The notes beneath the pieces were generated by a model that worked only from the letters and a program-made list of their open reading frames with translations, was not told the DNA's origin and did no database searches. Shown here in pieces: positions 25,304 to 37,287 of a stretch of 64,000 nt of DNA (positions are counted from its first letter, which is position 1; each line of letters starts with the position of its first letter). This DNA comes from Laetmonice hystrix (Eukaryota). The stretch covers positions 20,028,001 through 20,092,000 of the forward strand of contig OZ249436.1 in assembly GCA_965235115.1 (NCBI GenBank). Reading direction: 5' to 3'. The position numbers were made by a program, and so were the translations under genes.

Positions 25304-26077
25304 GGTTAGGCGCGGGGGGGGGGGGGGGGGTGAAAAAAGGGCCCTTTTTACGAGCAGGTGCCCTTGCTCTTGCAGTCTTGGCTTTTAATTTGGTAGAAAT
25401 GTGCCCAAGTTTAAGAAAACAGCCCCACAGATTTTAGGGGGACTGGGAAGCGCTGCAGGAATACAGTCTGACTGAGATCCCCCCCCCCCCCCCACCCCCG
25501 GTGTAGGCAGAACTGAGATAAGGGGGGCGGGGTTCCAACCAAAGCCGTCCACTAGGCCTACTCAGTAGAGGGCTTTGTTCCAACTGAGATGGGGGGGGGG
25601 GGGGGGGGGTCCCAACCATAATATTAGTCATTCATTTAGATCTATTTAGATATTTATTATCTAGGCCTATTAATTATCTTTTTTAGAGGGGGAGGGGTCA
25701 AGAAGTTCAGCCCCATGTATTATTCTCAGGGTGAGAATACAACTTGTTCATACATGGGAATGATGTAGGCCTACACCCAAATGATAGGATGGTGAGGAAG
25801 TAACGTGCCATATTAGGCCTATATAATGATATAGGAAATTGTTTTCGACCTATTCAAGGCCTAGGCCTATTCGAGATACGATGAGACGTAGGCATAGCAA
25901 AACTCCACACTGGGCATATAGGCTATCCACAGCCTTTGATGATCCAGTTGCGACCATAATGGAGGGGCGGAGGGAAATGGGACACAAACTCATTACAAAC
26001 CAGCATGGGGGCTTGGGTTAGCCTTGGTCTACAACAAGGGACCATATGTCGCGTTTCTGTGGATAAACATTACATTT

Positions 26078-26243
26078 CAGAGGCGTAGGAAGCTGGGGGC
26101 AGAGGGGGCTGCTCCCCCCCCCCCCCCCAAAAAAAATTATAAAATGACCGCATGGCTCAATGCAAAAGCATACGCGTAAGTCATTGTGACGTCACCTCTG
26201 CCCCCCCCCCCCCCCCAATATTTTTTTCCTTCCTGCGCTACTG
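26078..26243. mobile_element. MITE cagaggcgtaggaa...ttcctgcgctactg with 5-bp TSD CATTT
   Basis: Imperfect inverted termini. CATTT at 26073-26077 and 26244-26248. Confidence 0.75.
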
Positions 26244-27324
26244 CATTTACAACAGGATCGAACACACTCGCGCTCGCTCGGATTTCTGTAAATCTGAGGA
26301 AATAAAAGGCGCCATCTGGTGAGTATGCAGGAGTTTAATCACAGAATAGGTAGGGTACTCTGTGGTTTAATTACCAAGCCTTAGCTGGTAATCTCAGTGG
26401 TAGCCTATCAGGCTGCACCCCACCACCTAAACATGGAATTCACAATCACATTGGCATAGCTTTGCATTTTCTTTTAAGACAAAGACAATGTAAAAATTTG
26501 GAATGTAAACAAGCTAAGCCAGATTAGCAGGACCGTCAATTTGAAGGGAATTTGGCCGAGGTGAACGCCAAAGGCACGAGTCGTTCTTGTTGCAGTGGAC
26601 AGCCCCCCCCCCCCCCCTCCCAGAATTTTTTAAAATTTGGATGGTTGAAAATTTAGCTAAGGGAGCTGCCTCGATGCAATTTACGGTTACCCTAAATACT
26701 GTACACGTACACAGGCCTATTCCAACGTCCTAATAAACTGGAACGAAATGGTACTACATGTGTACTGTATTGTTTTTCTTGCTCTAGTTGAATGACAGAT
26801 ATTCCATCCCTTTCATTACAAGTCTTTTTACACCCTGTCAATTCTTTCACCTTTCAGGTACATAACGAGTTACAAATTACAAATCAAAAAGGCTGTTATA
26901 TATACACATTTTTATTGGAACACTCACACATACCAGGAGTAATCCATCTTTATCTTCAGTTTTAACAATGTCCAGGACTCTCTGAGTCTCCTGCTCTTGC
27001 CTTTAGCTGTCTCTGAGATGTTTGCATTGCTTTTCTTAATGCCAAACTTTCCATTTCACCTTGACCAAAGTTTTTCCTTTCTCAATCCTAGTTATATATT
27101 GTTCCAACTTTTTTGGGATCGTCAACATCTTCTGCCCGTATCACTGGAAAAAAAGAGCGTAATCATAAGCAAAGCAGTCAGAAACGGTTCTGTTATCAAA
27201 TGTATGCACATGACGTTGTGATATTTGCACGTACCCTATCATGGTCCATACTATAACAACTTAAAGACACATAAACGCAACCTAGTAACTTTTCACTGAC
27301 ATTTCTCCTAGAAGTGTTCCTTAA

Positions 27325-28192
27325 AGGAGACGTCCAGTCAAAAATCACATTTGGACAGCTGCAAGGCCTACTCACCTTTAAGAGTAGTGGTTAGAAATAA
27401 ATGTCCCCCCATTCCAAGAAATCATATGTCGAACATGACAACCGTGTCAAAATCACTGGCTACAGCGGCACAGCCATTTGTGCCCATCTTTGCATCTACT
27501 GAGCATGCGCTGAATTGATCAGTTGAGGCCGGGGTTGTGAGGGCTAGGCTAGACTAGGCTAAATTAAGGCGGCCGAGGCGGGTGGGCGAATCCATGGGGG
27601 TCAGTCCCACAGTCACAGTCACAACTAAACGCAACTGGTCTGTGCTGACACTGCCCGTGATCTCAGTGCCCGGTCGTAGTCAGAGTGGGGCCCAGGCCCA
27701 GTGGGCATGAGCTCCGTCAACATCACACCTCCGAGCAGGCGGTCAAAACCCACGGCTGCCCAGATCCGTGTCCACCCTGATATATCTATACACCCTGATA
27801 TCGGTAGGCTTAATTCCTCGCCATTCCTCATCACTATCGATGGTTTTCGTCTATGTTCTAACAAATATGGCTTATAAGCTGTCAACGTTCGCTACCTTCC
27901 GAATCGCTCAACGCAACTGGTGCATCAGTTTTTAGTTCCTTCCAAACTGGAGAGCAGTCGTGCTGTGATTGGTCAGGCCTAGGTCGAGCATGCGCAGTTT
28001 GAGATTGGCCCAAGGAGCAGATGCTAATGGAGGCCTCCAACAACTGGGCAGGCTCGAAGCAGGCTCGGGCACTAAAGTGCTTATATCTTAACTATTTGAG
28101 CACCAATTGTGTTCAAATCTTTTTTAACTTGCAGGCTTAGAATTCCACAGCCTGTGTGCCTGGCCTGTACAAACTGGAGATTTTCTTTTCTT
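27325..28192 (+). mobile_element. TTAA-bounded non-autonomous element (Kolobok-like), copy A
   Basis: Flanked by TTAA (27321-27324 and 28193-28196). Both terminal regions match the reverse complement of 29549-30471. Confidence 0.75.
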
Positions 28193-28448
28193 TTAAAGAA
28201 GACTTGTCAAAAGTCACATGTATATAGACTGCTGCAAGGCCTTTATCTATATACTACCAACTGAGACAGATAGTTTTGGATAGTCGTAGCTAAGTTGTAA
28301 TGACGTTGTGGGAGAACAGTGGCACATTGTGATACGGTACATCTTGTCACTGTCTTAGCAGTAGTGACATATATTGTATTGATGTCATGGTTGTTCACAA
28401 TACTGTAGTTTTGTGTCAAATCTATTGAACCAGTAACATGGCACATTG

Positions 28449-29297
28449 CAGAGTTGCCAACATTCATTCAAAAAACCCTAAGATCTCGGATGAAAAACCA
28501 GAAGATTTGGGAATATCCCAGACAATCTTTCTTTTTGAAGAAACCCATTTAAATTACTCACAAAATTATTACTGCAAATCCTGTTGAAGGCTGCAAGACA
28601 GCACGAAAAAAAACGAAAATAGTGACATTATCGCTCATGTCACAGTCCCTATAATCACCAGCCTGTTAGTCAACTTAGTTTTGCCTATCCGATATGAATT
28701 TCCAGAGGCAGTCATTGGGATGGGGTGGCGTTGGGCCAGGGTTGGCCTGGTGGAGCAAGGCCAAGGATGGTCCGGGCGGCTAGGGCCTGGGTTGCCCCGG
28801 CGGAGGGGACGTCCCAGCAGGAGGGAAGGCTGCCACCGCTACTGCTGGCACCTCCACCACTCAGACTTTTTCCCCAACGTTTTGTGAAAATTAGAAATAT
28901 TTGATGTGTTTTATGGGTAGTATAGCCGAATATAATGGTCTGGAGAGGTACAATCTTCAGACTTCAGGCCTTTATGAAGTGTCCTACTAAAAAGCCACTA
29001 TACAAATTAGTCAATGGATACAACTTAGGACACACTGAAGACTAGAAAAATGGAACCCCACTTTCAAGGTTTTCCCTTATTTCCAGAGTGGCTGGGAACC
29101 CTGCCACCAGTAGCCTGACTGGAGAATTCAGTACCCCAGTGTCGAGTGATAGAAGGTCAACACTACTGCTTTTATCGCAAGTAAGGCGACTACATTCATG
29201 ATTGTACTTCATTTTTCTTAAGGTTTTGTTACCAGCCAGATAACTGTAGACCACAGTCTGAAACCTTACGGGTAAACCGTACATGTTGGCAACCCTG
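28449..29297. mobile_element. hAT-like element cagagttgccaacat...atgttggcaaccctg, probably with nested inserts
   Basis: 15-bp TIR with one mismatch, of the same type as 25025-25303. No clean TSD. Confidence 0.55.
28707..28851 (+). repeat. GC-rich dispersed repeat of about 145 bp, copy 1
   Basis: Near-identical to 31334-31479 (ggcagtcattgggatgg...ctactgctggcacc). Confidence 0.9.
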
Positions 29298-29548
29298 ACA
29301 ATAGTGACACTGTACTGGCCTTGTAAATATCATTATACAATTGTGGCTCTATGGAATTTTGCACGTGACCGGTGGATGGACTGTGACTCGCTATGATTTA
29401 TAGACTACCTGTCTCAAAAGTAGTAGATCGGCGGGAAACGGCATAAAATTCGTGAAGGTGGGGAAGAGTTTTTAGAATACACGATGGAAGTGATAGTTAA
29501 GAACTGGCATATTTTTGACGTATAGGTTGTGTTTGTGTATATCTTTAA

Positions 29549-30471
29549 AATGAAAGTAAATTCGCCAGTTTGTACAGGTCAGGCACACAGGCCATGAAAT
29601 TCTAAGCAAGTTAGAAAAGATTTGAACACATTTGGTGCTCAAATAGTTAAGATATAAGGATTTTACTAGTGCCGGAGCCTGCTTAGAGCCTGCTCAGCAG
29701 GTGGATTCGGCCCCATGCCCCAAAGTGGCAAAGCCTGGGCATGTGCCGCGTGCCAGGATGCAGGGTTAGGTATGGGAGGGGGATATCCCCCTTCTGCTGG
29801 GAGCCACCCCCCAAAAAAATGAAATTAAGGGTTGTCGCAGATATACATTCTGAGCACATTTTGACCAGAAAGTGATGTCTAACATAGGCCCTTCTTTTTC
29901 AATCGGCAGTGAAAAGGTGATTTTACGGTAAATAGCCTTTTCAAGAAGGTTTAGGGTTTACCGGTAGGGTAAATGGATGGTGATAGGGCCTAGTTACATC
30001 ACAAAGGAAATTTTTTGACTGACGGATTTAGCCGACATCAATTTACTGCGCGATGAGTCGTCCTACTCACGGTCACTGGCAGCCAGGGTGCATTCACCTG
30101 GCTGTGCTAGCTAGGACATGCTAGGACACCCCAACCGGACCATCGACCAACCACCTGGCCCTCCCTGTCTTGAACTGACTGACTCCCATGGCCCCCCACC
30201 CTGGCAGCCTCTAGCCTAGCCCCGTCAACCCCGCCTTGAGCAATTGATCAATTCAGGCGCATGCGCAAATAGATGGCACAATGACGTCAATTACTTCCTG
30301 CCAGCGCCACAATGGCTGCGCCGCTGAAGCCAGTGACTTTGACACGGTTGTCATGTTTGATATATGACTTCTTGGAATGGGGGCAGACATTTATTTCCAA
30401 CCACTCCTCTGAAAGCCATACATAGAGCCCCTTGCAGCTGTACAAATGTGATTTTGAGCAATACTTCTCCT
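29549..30471 (-). mobile_element. TTAA-bounded non-autonomous element (Kolobok-like), copy A', inverted relative to copy A
   Basis: gacacggttgtcatgtt..cttggaatggggg..tctcct|ttaa is the reverse complement of the start of copy A. ccagtttgtacagg..gtgctcaaatagttaagatataag is the reverse complement of its end. Confidence 0.75.
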
Positions 30472-30495
30472 TTAATATGCAGGAAATGCTTCATG

Positions 30496-30628
30496 TTATC
30501 CTGCCCTTGACAATACTGGGGTGCGTTCCTCATCTATCGTTATCCTGTCGTGCGTTAAAATCCCCATTGAAAATACATTGGAATTAACGATATGACAAGC
30601 TAACGACATGATGAGGAACATCCCCCTG
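30496..30628. mobile_element. Short hairpin-type MITE
   Basis: ggggtgcgttcctcatc..tcgtta..tgtc is mirrored by gaca..taacga..gatgaggaacatcccc around a central ccattgaaaatacattgg. Confidence 0.65.
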
Positions 30629-31333
30629 GCTATGTTCCTATATCAGCCATATACATGTATTGTGGGTTTAAATTGGGGAGCTGGTTTCAAATAATGCTAC
30701 CTGTGTAGTTATAACGATGTTTGTGGTCTTCATCGAAAGTCCTGTAGTGTGTTGTAAAATAGTAAGCTGCGATAAATCCTCCTGTTCAAAGTGAAGAGAA
30801 AGGAGCATCTGTTTACATTGTTTACTGTAGTTTAATATTTTATAAATTATTAATCTTTTTTTATAAGATTGAATATCACAATCATTATATTCATATTTTA
30901 ACAAAACAGAGATCCTTGTGCAAAGATCTGATATGTTCTATAAAGTGTAATGCCAACGTATCCATACGACTGTATGGCTGGTATGGACTACAGTTACAAT
31001 ATTTCCCTACTGGCAGTACTGGCCCTAGCCAAGGCTAGACATCTGTCTCTTGAAATCTAAAACAGATTCATGCTACTTTAGATATTTTGATGGGGGGAAA
31101 AATATGAAAATTCTGAGAGTAAGAAATACTATCAAGCTGTAAATGCTTGGGCTAAAACTAGCAAAAGAGTTTTCCTTACCAAGCACAGTGGTAGCCCCAC
31201 ATAGCATTAGGTCAGGAAATTCATGCCATGCTCTCTTCAGTAATGATACACCTTTGACTGAAATACAAAGAAACATACAAGTTTTACAATATATGGTGCC
31301 CAGTTGTGGCTTTTGTTGTGGTCCGACGGGAGG

Positions 31334-31479
31334 GCAGTCATTGGGATGGAGTGGCGTTGGGCCAGGGTTGGCCTGGTGGAGCAAGGCCAAGGATGGTCCG
31401 GGCGGCGTGGGGCCTGGGTTGCCCAGGCGGAGGGGACGTCCCAGCAGGAGGGAAGGCTGCCACCGCTACTGCTGGCACC
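31334..31479 (+). repeat. GC-rich dispersed repeat of about 145 bp, copy 2
   Basis: Near-identical to 28707-28851. Confidence 0.9.
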
Positions 31480-32151
31480 ACTCATTTTGAACTCGCAATT
31501 TTTCATAAAATGTGTTATCAAACTTGCCAAAGACAAAGATTCATAATTATGTTCTAAAGCTACAGACCTGCCAACCATATTCTGAATCTGGGACATCATC
31601 CCCCAAAACAAAAGGATTTTATAGAAATTTTTTAGATTCTACGGGGCATCAATTCAACTTCAAGTACAAAGCAGAAAACTGTAAAATACATTTATTTCCA
31701 CAAATGTTACTATAATATTATAGGGGATTGTTTTTCTAAGGCAGTAGCACGAATCAGTGATGGATCCAGGATTTCTGGAAAGGGGCGTCAAATGTAAAAA
31801 TTACATCAAATGTAACAGTTCAGCCTCAGACTTAGGTGTTGACTCTCCCCTATACACTAGCATGTTAGAGTCGTTGGATTGGTTGGAATCGTCATAGAGA
31901 TTTTGCAAAATCCCTTCAAATAAAGAAACGGCACCGATTCATATGATGACATATCTCTACGAATACATCATTACTTCCTTTTACATCTGACGGCGTGCAG
32001 CGCACAGTTTAGGAAGTAATGCGCTCCTGTAATATATTACGGCCGTTTTTATACCCTGAACCGAAGATTCGTTCCTGTCCGCCATTGTTGTTTGTCAGTA
32101 CTGCGCATGTGCAAATGGAACCTGTTCCAGTCACGCATGCGTAGACTAGGG

Positions 32152-32543
32152 GGTAACACGCCATGTCCGCCCGTCGCCATGTCCGCCCGGTCATGTCCGC
32201 CCCCTGGGATGCAGGCCCCTACCCCCGGTCATCATGTCCGGCCCTCGCCGCTCTGCTCGAGAGGCGCCCGGCAAGGGACACGTTACCTACGAGGTGGCTC
32301 TCATTTTGTTGGGCACTTAGCAACCAATATATTACATAGTTGATCTGGGTTGTTGATACACTCCTAACTCAGTAGACTCCAACTCAGTCCAAGTCACGTT
32401 GACGGCTTCTCCCGGGAGCACGGGCGGCAGGGCGGGCGGTTGACTGAGTGTCTATCACAGAGGCAAGGCGGGCGGGAGGGGGAATACCGAGGGGCGGACA
32501 TGACCGGGCGGACATGGCGACGGGCGGACATGTCGTGTATTCC
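32152..32543. mobile_element. MITE with TIRs of about 50 bp built from catgtccgccc repeats
   Basis: acacgccatgtccgcccgtcgccatgtccgcccggtcatgtccgcccct is mirrored by aggggcggacatgaccgggcggacatggcgacgggcggacatgtcgtgt. Confidence 0.85.
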
Positions 32544-33444
32544 GAACAGGGCATCTTTTCAAAATAGCACTGGAGAGTTTCAAAAAGTTGGATTCAACTT
32601 ACAACAAAAAGCCTGACAAGTCAAAATCACCTTCGGAATAAATAATTTCTTCACCGAGGACCTAGTGAAAACTATACACACTTGTTAATAGTAATGTTAG
32701 AGTGTCTAGATCTATATAACGTTACACATACAGGGGCATCTCAGGGTAAGTATCGCGACAGGGCTTTGAAATCGGCCTTGAAACCAAGCCAACCGACGCA
32801 TTTGGTAAATTCTCTACCAGTTCTCCCACATCCTTAACGCGAAGCTGTTAAGGGTGTCCACGTCTACCTCCGACTCAGTCAATGTCAACGTCTTCAGCCT
32901 GCTTCAGACTCAATCATCATCAAGCCTTTCTTTTCAAGGACAAAATTTAGGTGAAGCTCAAACGATTTGTTACGTTGACACCACCAAAAAATTCTTTTGT
33001 AATCACTATGAGTATGACTTACATTTACACACAATCTCATATGTATCATACTTACAAGAAGAAAGTGCAAGAGACCTGAATAGATCTATACAATGTGAAA
33101 TAAAAGCTAAATATTACACACCTCCACCTCGGGCTGCCATTTTAGAACGACGTCACAAGGATGATAGCCCTTGTGGTGTTTAAAAAAAAACCGTGATAAC
33201 CCGTTAGATGGCGGCACCCGATCAAGCGCACGTTACTTTGTCACAGTTTGTGACCATTTTTAGTAGAGTTACTACATGAGGTTTAATTTCCTTATTATAA
33301 AATAAACCGGGGCCCAATAAACCCAAGTTCTGCCCTCTCTAAACGTGTTATGGCCACCAAACAAACCAGACAGACTGACTCTTGGGATTTTTCAGCGAAA
33401 ATTGTAGTTTAGAGAATATTATTTCCAGTGACAACATTGACAAC

Positions 33445-33597
33445 ATGTCTGCGCCCTTGAGAGCAGGTGGGACTGCCAACGAAGCGAACGAAGAGGCCCC
33501 ACATTCGGCACCAAAGAAACCCTGTCGTGCCTGCACTGACTTCAAAACATGGGCAAAGACCAAGGGAGTTAAATTTGCACATATGCCAAATGGAGAG
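33445..33597 (+). CDS. GFER: GFER/ALR/Erv1 FAD-linked sulfhydryl oxidase, coding exon 1 (MSAPLR...KKPCRACTDFKTWAK...NGE)
   Basis: Contains the N-terminal shuttle motif CRAC in the typical KPCRACxDFKTW context, followed by a GAG|GTTTGT donor in phase 0. Confidence 0.93.
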
Positions 33598-35937
33598 GTT
33601 TGTATTTATTCTTTAATCAGATTGATCTTCCTTGTACCACGTTATCCAGTGGCAGTGCCAGTCAGTGAGTCACCAGCGGCAGTCACCAGCAGTGGCAGTG
33701 CACTGCCACTGGCACTTGACTTGGCAGTGCCAGTGCCAGCCTAGTGCCAGTGCCCCCCACCCCCGGTCCGATTGAAGCAGTACCAGTGCAGGCAGCAGTG
33801 GCAATGCTGTAGATCTTTCTAGAATAACCATTGCATCAACCACGTACGGCATTGCCTAATACTAGGCCTATAGGTAGCGACGTCGGAACTTGACGTTTTG
33901 GATTTGAACGCTCTGCGCGGCCGGAATTTGGCTATGTTCTTTCACGCGGCGGCCTGTTTTTAACTCGTTGTATCTCTCTAAATATTCAGTTTAGCAGTCT
34001 GAAATTTTCAGACCATACAGTCATACACCTCTACTTGTCGATCAGGCAAGTTTCAGCCTGCTAGTTGTAGACGATTTCTCACAATCACTGATCAAATTCA
34101 CGTCAGAATCGCGTTTTTGCCGTTTTGCGCTGCTTTGCGCTCGCGATGGGCAAAAGACATATGCGGCAACAACCGCTGTGCGCAACGTGGCTTTTATAGA
34201 TAGAAGGTAGCCGATTGGTGTAACGGGTAGACAATGATCTCAGGATTCAGAAAATATCTGAGTTTTTATTCTGTGATGATTTTTAGTTTACTTACGGATT
34301 TGTTGAATTATTCAAAGTGTTCGAAAAATAGGTTACACTTGTCAGATCTTAAAAACTCAGATATCATTTTAAAGCTAAGGATCTCTACTATCAATGAGTC
34401 AACTCGGTTTTTTATTTACTAAATTAATCTCCGTGCGCAAGCCTCACATGTGGGGCCCTGTGTCTGCACCGGTCACGGCACGTCTTCTGCAGAGCGCCTA
34501 CCGGTAACTAGGTCAAGACGTCCCGGCGGCTGTGGCTGTACAGGCCCGGGAGAGGGGCCCGTGCGTCTGCCGCCAGATACCGTGCGTCACAACGGGAGGC
34601 GGTCCAAATTTTATGCTGAGGTTAGAGTCAAAACATCTAGCGCATTTAGGGGGTGGGGGTGGGGTTGGGTGTTCACCCCCTACCTAAACTATTACAGCCT
34701 TGAAAGCTGGGGGGTTAGGTATCCTGCTGACTGACAGATACAACAGTGGTGATGGGCCTCACTGAGACTCTGTACTGCCTGGCTTGGCTAGCCTGATTCT
34801 GTTTTGGCCTACATGTTTTCAACGTAATTTTAGCCCCCCCCCCCCTATATATTAGCAAAAATATGGGTTTTCCTCAGGGAAAGGTTCAACACTTTTCATA
34901 CTTGAGCAACTTTAAATACTACACGTAGCTGTCAGCCTGGCTCTCCACATCTTGGTCTTAGACCTGGCTGGGCTAGGCCCATAAAATTAATGCCCCCCCC
35001 CCCTTTTCCTTTTTATGACCCATATTTCAAATTGATGAAATTCTGCTGACATCTAAAACCAATCAAATAACATTGAATAGCATGAAATTGATTGAAATAC
35101 CCACAATACAGCAAATGTGAGTATAGCAGCAATTCAATTTCCAACAAAGTTTTCATTGAATAAAAAAATAACTTTTTTTAGCTCCATATAGGCCTACTTC
35201 AGGTCTTTTCTCAGGTTAATACGGTGGCTCGGAAAGGACATGTATAATTTTTTTCCGAGCGCTCGACTCACTTTAACTTGAGGCTCGCTCGACTCAATGT
35301 AACTCGAGGCTTGCTCGACTCACTGTAACTAGAGTTCTCGACCTGCTGTAACTCAACCGCTCAAGTGAAAATTAAAATCTTGTGCACCAAATTTCTGAGG
35401 GGTCTAACTTGTAACCAAGTAATTCTTGTTTCTTCTGGTATTTATAAAATTCAAAATTACTTCTGCAGCATTTCCGTTATCAGTTTTTTGCTGTCTACAG
35501 CGTTCAATTTAAGGAGTTTTGGTGGGGTTGTCCACCGGACATATTGAACCTAGGTTGTCCACAGGAATTTCTAGTTGTCCAGAATTGTACTGTAATGCTT
35601 GGAATGTCCTTTGCCACTTGTTCTTCTCATACTCCTGGTCTTGGTTTCTTTTTGTGCCCTGCTTGGAAGGATCCGACGGCACAGACTTCCCAACAAACTG
35701 GAATGGCAGGCCTTGCTTCGGCATGTTTTCCACATGTACACTTCACCGAAATTTATGGTGATGAGTGACAAATTCTTGCAAAACAGTGATTGAATTGAAT
35801 TAAAGGGTCGAGGATGATGACAAATTCTTGCAAAACAGTGAAGAGTGCGAGGATTATGTCATCCATCATCGCCCTGCAACCCAAAAATGAGGTTGTGTCT
35901 AGTTTCTTTACACGTCTTATGAAGTTATGTACATAGT

Positions 35938-36369
35938 CAGGGGAGAATCCAGGATTTTCAAGATGGGGGTGGGGGTGGGGGGTGGCTATGGAAAAAGGAG
36001 ACTTTCTCAACCCCCCCCCCCCCCCAGTGATTTGCCCAGATTTGCCTAAACAAAAAGTGGCATATCAACAGGGCCGTAGCTAGAAATTTCTGAGTGTGGG
36101 GGCAGTCATGGGGCGGATCCAGGAATTTGATAAAGGGGGTGTCATACGAGCACCAAAGCCCTCCCCAAGAAAAAAAATGAAAATTACAGTGCCAAATACG
36201 CGATATAGACCAGCCTTTAGGCCCATAATAGGCCAATAGACAATTGGACATTTAAATTTTAAAAATCTTTCGTAAAAATATAAAAAAGGGTACTGGGGGG
36301 GGGGGGGGGGGGGGAGAAAAGGGCACTTGGGGCGAGAGGGGGGTCTGCACCCCCCTGGATCCGTCACTG
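35938..36369. mobile_element. Composite G/C-tract MITE cagggg..atccagg...ctggatccgtcactg with 5-bp TSD ATAGT
   Basis: ATAGT at 35933-35937 and 36370-36374. Several nested MITE-like ends lie inside. Confidence 0.6.
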
Positions 36370-37287
36370 ATAGTTATATCATTGTGATGGTTAGTCCGTA
36401 CACTCTTGTCTTCATTATGGATCAGTTCTTCTCCTTTATCAATATATTATTAAATTAATACCGGTAATTTCATATTCCCTATGATGACCTGTTGGGGCAA
36501 GAATGAAAATTCAAATCTTGTGTACCAAAATCTTAGGGGGTCTAACCAGGTTATTCCTGAACTTTTACTAGTTCTCAAAGATTATACAATGTCTCAAATT
36601 ATCTCTACATAGGATTTTCACTTCTTTAATCTTGTGTTGTATCAATAGTTGTGAATGTCACTGCTCGCCGAATCCGATTTCAGACGTGACCATGCTGGAA
36701 CTGCATCTGAAAAATTCTGCTGTAGTAGAGGTAACTTTAGTGGCCTGTTACATGCAGAAAATTATTACATATCCCTCTAAAAAACACTGTTTATAACCAA
36801 TAAAGACCCCTAGATTGATATCTGATTAAAAAAAACTAGATTTGAAAAAGTTTATTTTTGGTCATTTTTCCAGTTTTGTCTGTTTCGTACCGCCATGAAA
36901 ATGAAAGCAAAATTAGGCTTTCGGTCATTTTGGATTGACCGTTATTAACAGAATAAATTATTAAAATAACAAAAAACTAGTTATATTGACTGTCTGCATA
37001 TAGTTTATGAGTGTAAAGGAGAAAAAATAATTTCATTATTAATTTAAAAAGAAATATTGGACCTTGAAATCCTATTTTCAGTTAATTGCGCAAAAAATGG
37101 GATATCGGGCTCGCGCCGTTCAAATCGGGGCCCTTTTTTTGCCCAGTTTTTGGTCAATAACTCAAAAAATATTCATCGTACAATAGGAAAAGTATACATT
37201 TTTAGAATTGTCTCACTGAGATCTATCGATTAAACTGGGTCTCAATCAAATATACAGAGTTTGAAAAAATGACCACCGTCCCTACTA

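Noticed and set aside
33382..33444. TTG-initiated N-terminal extension of GFER
   Set aside because: The sequence is AT-rich and acceptor-like. The ATG at 33445 has good context (AACATG) and gives a normal-length protein.
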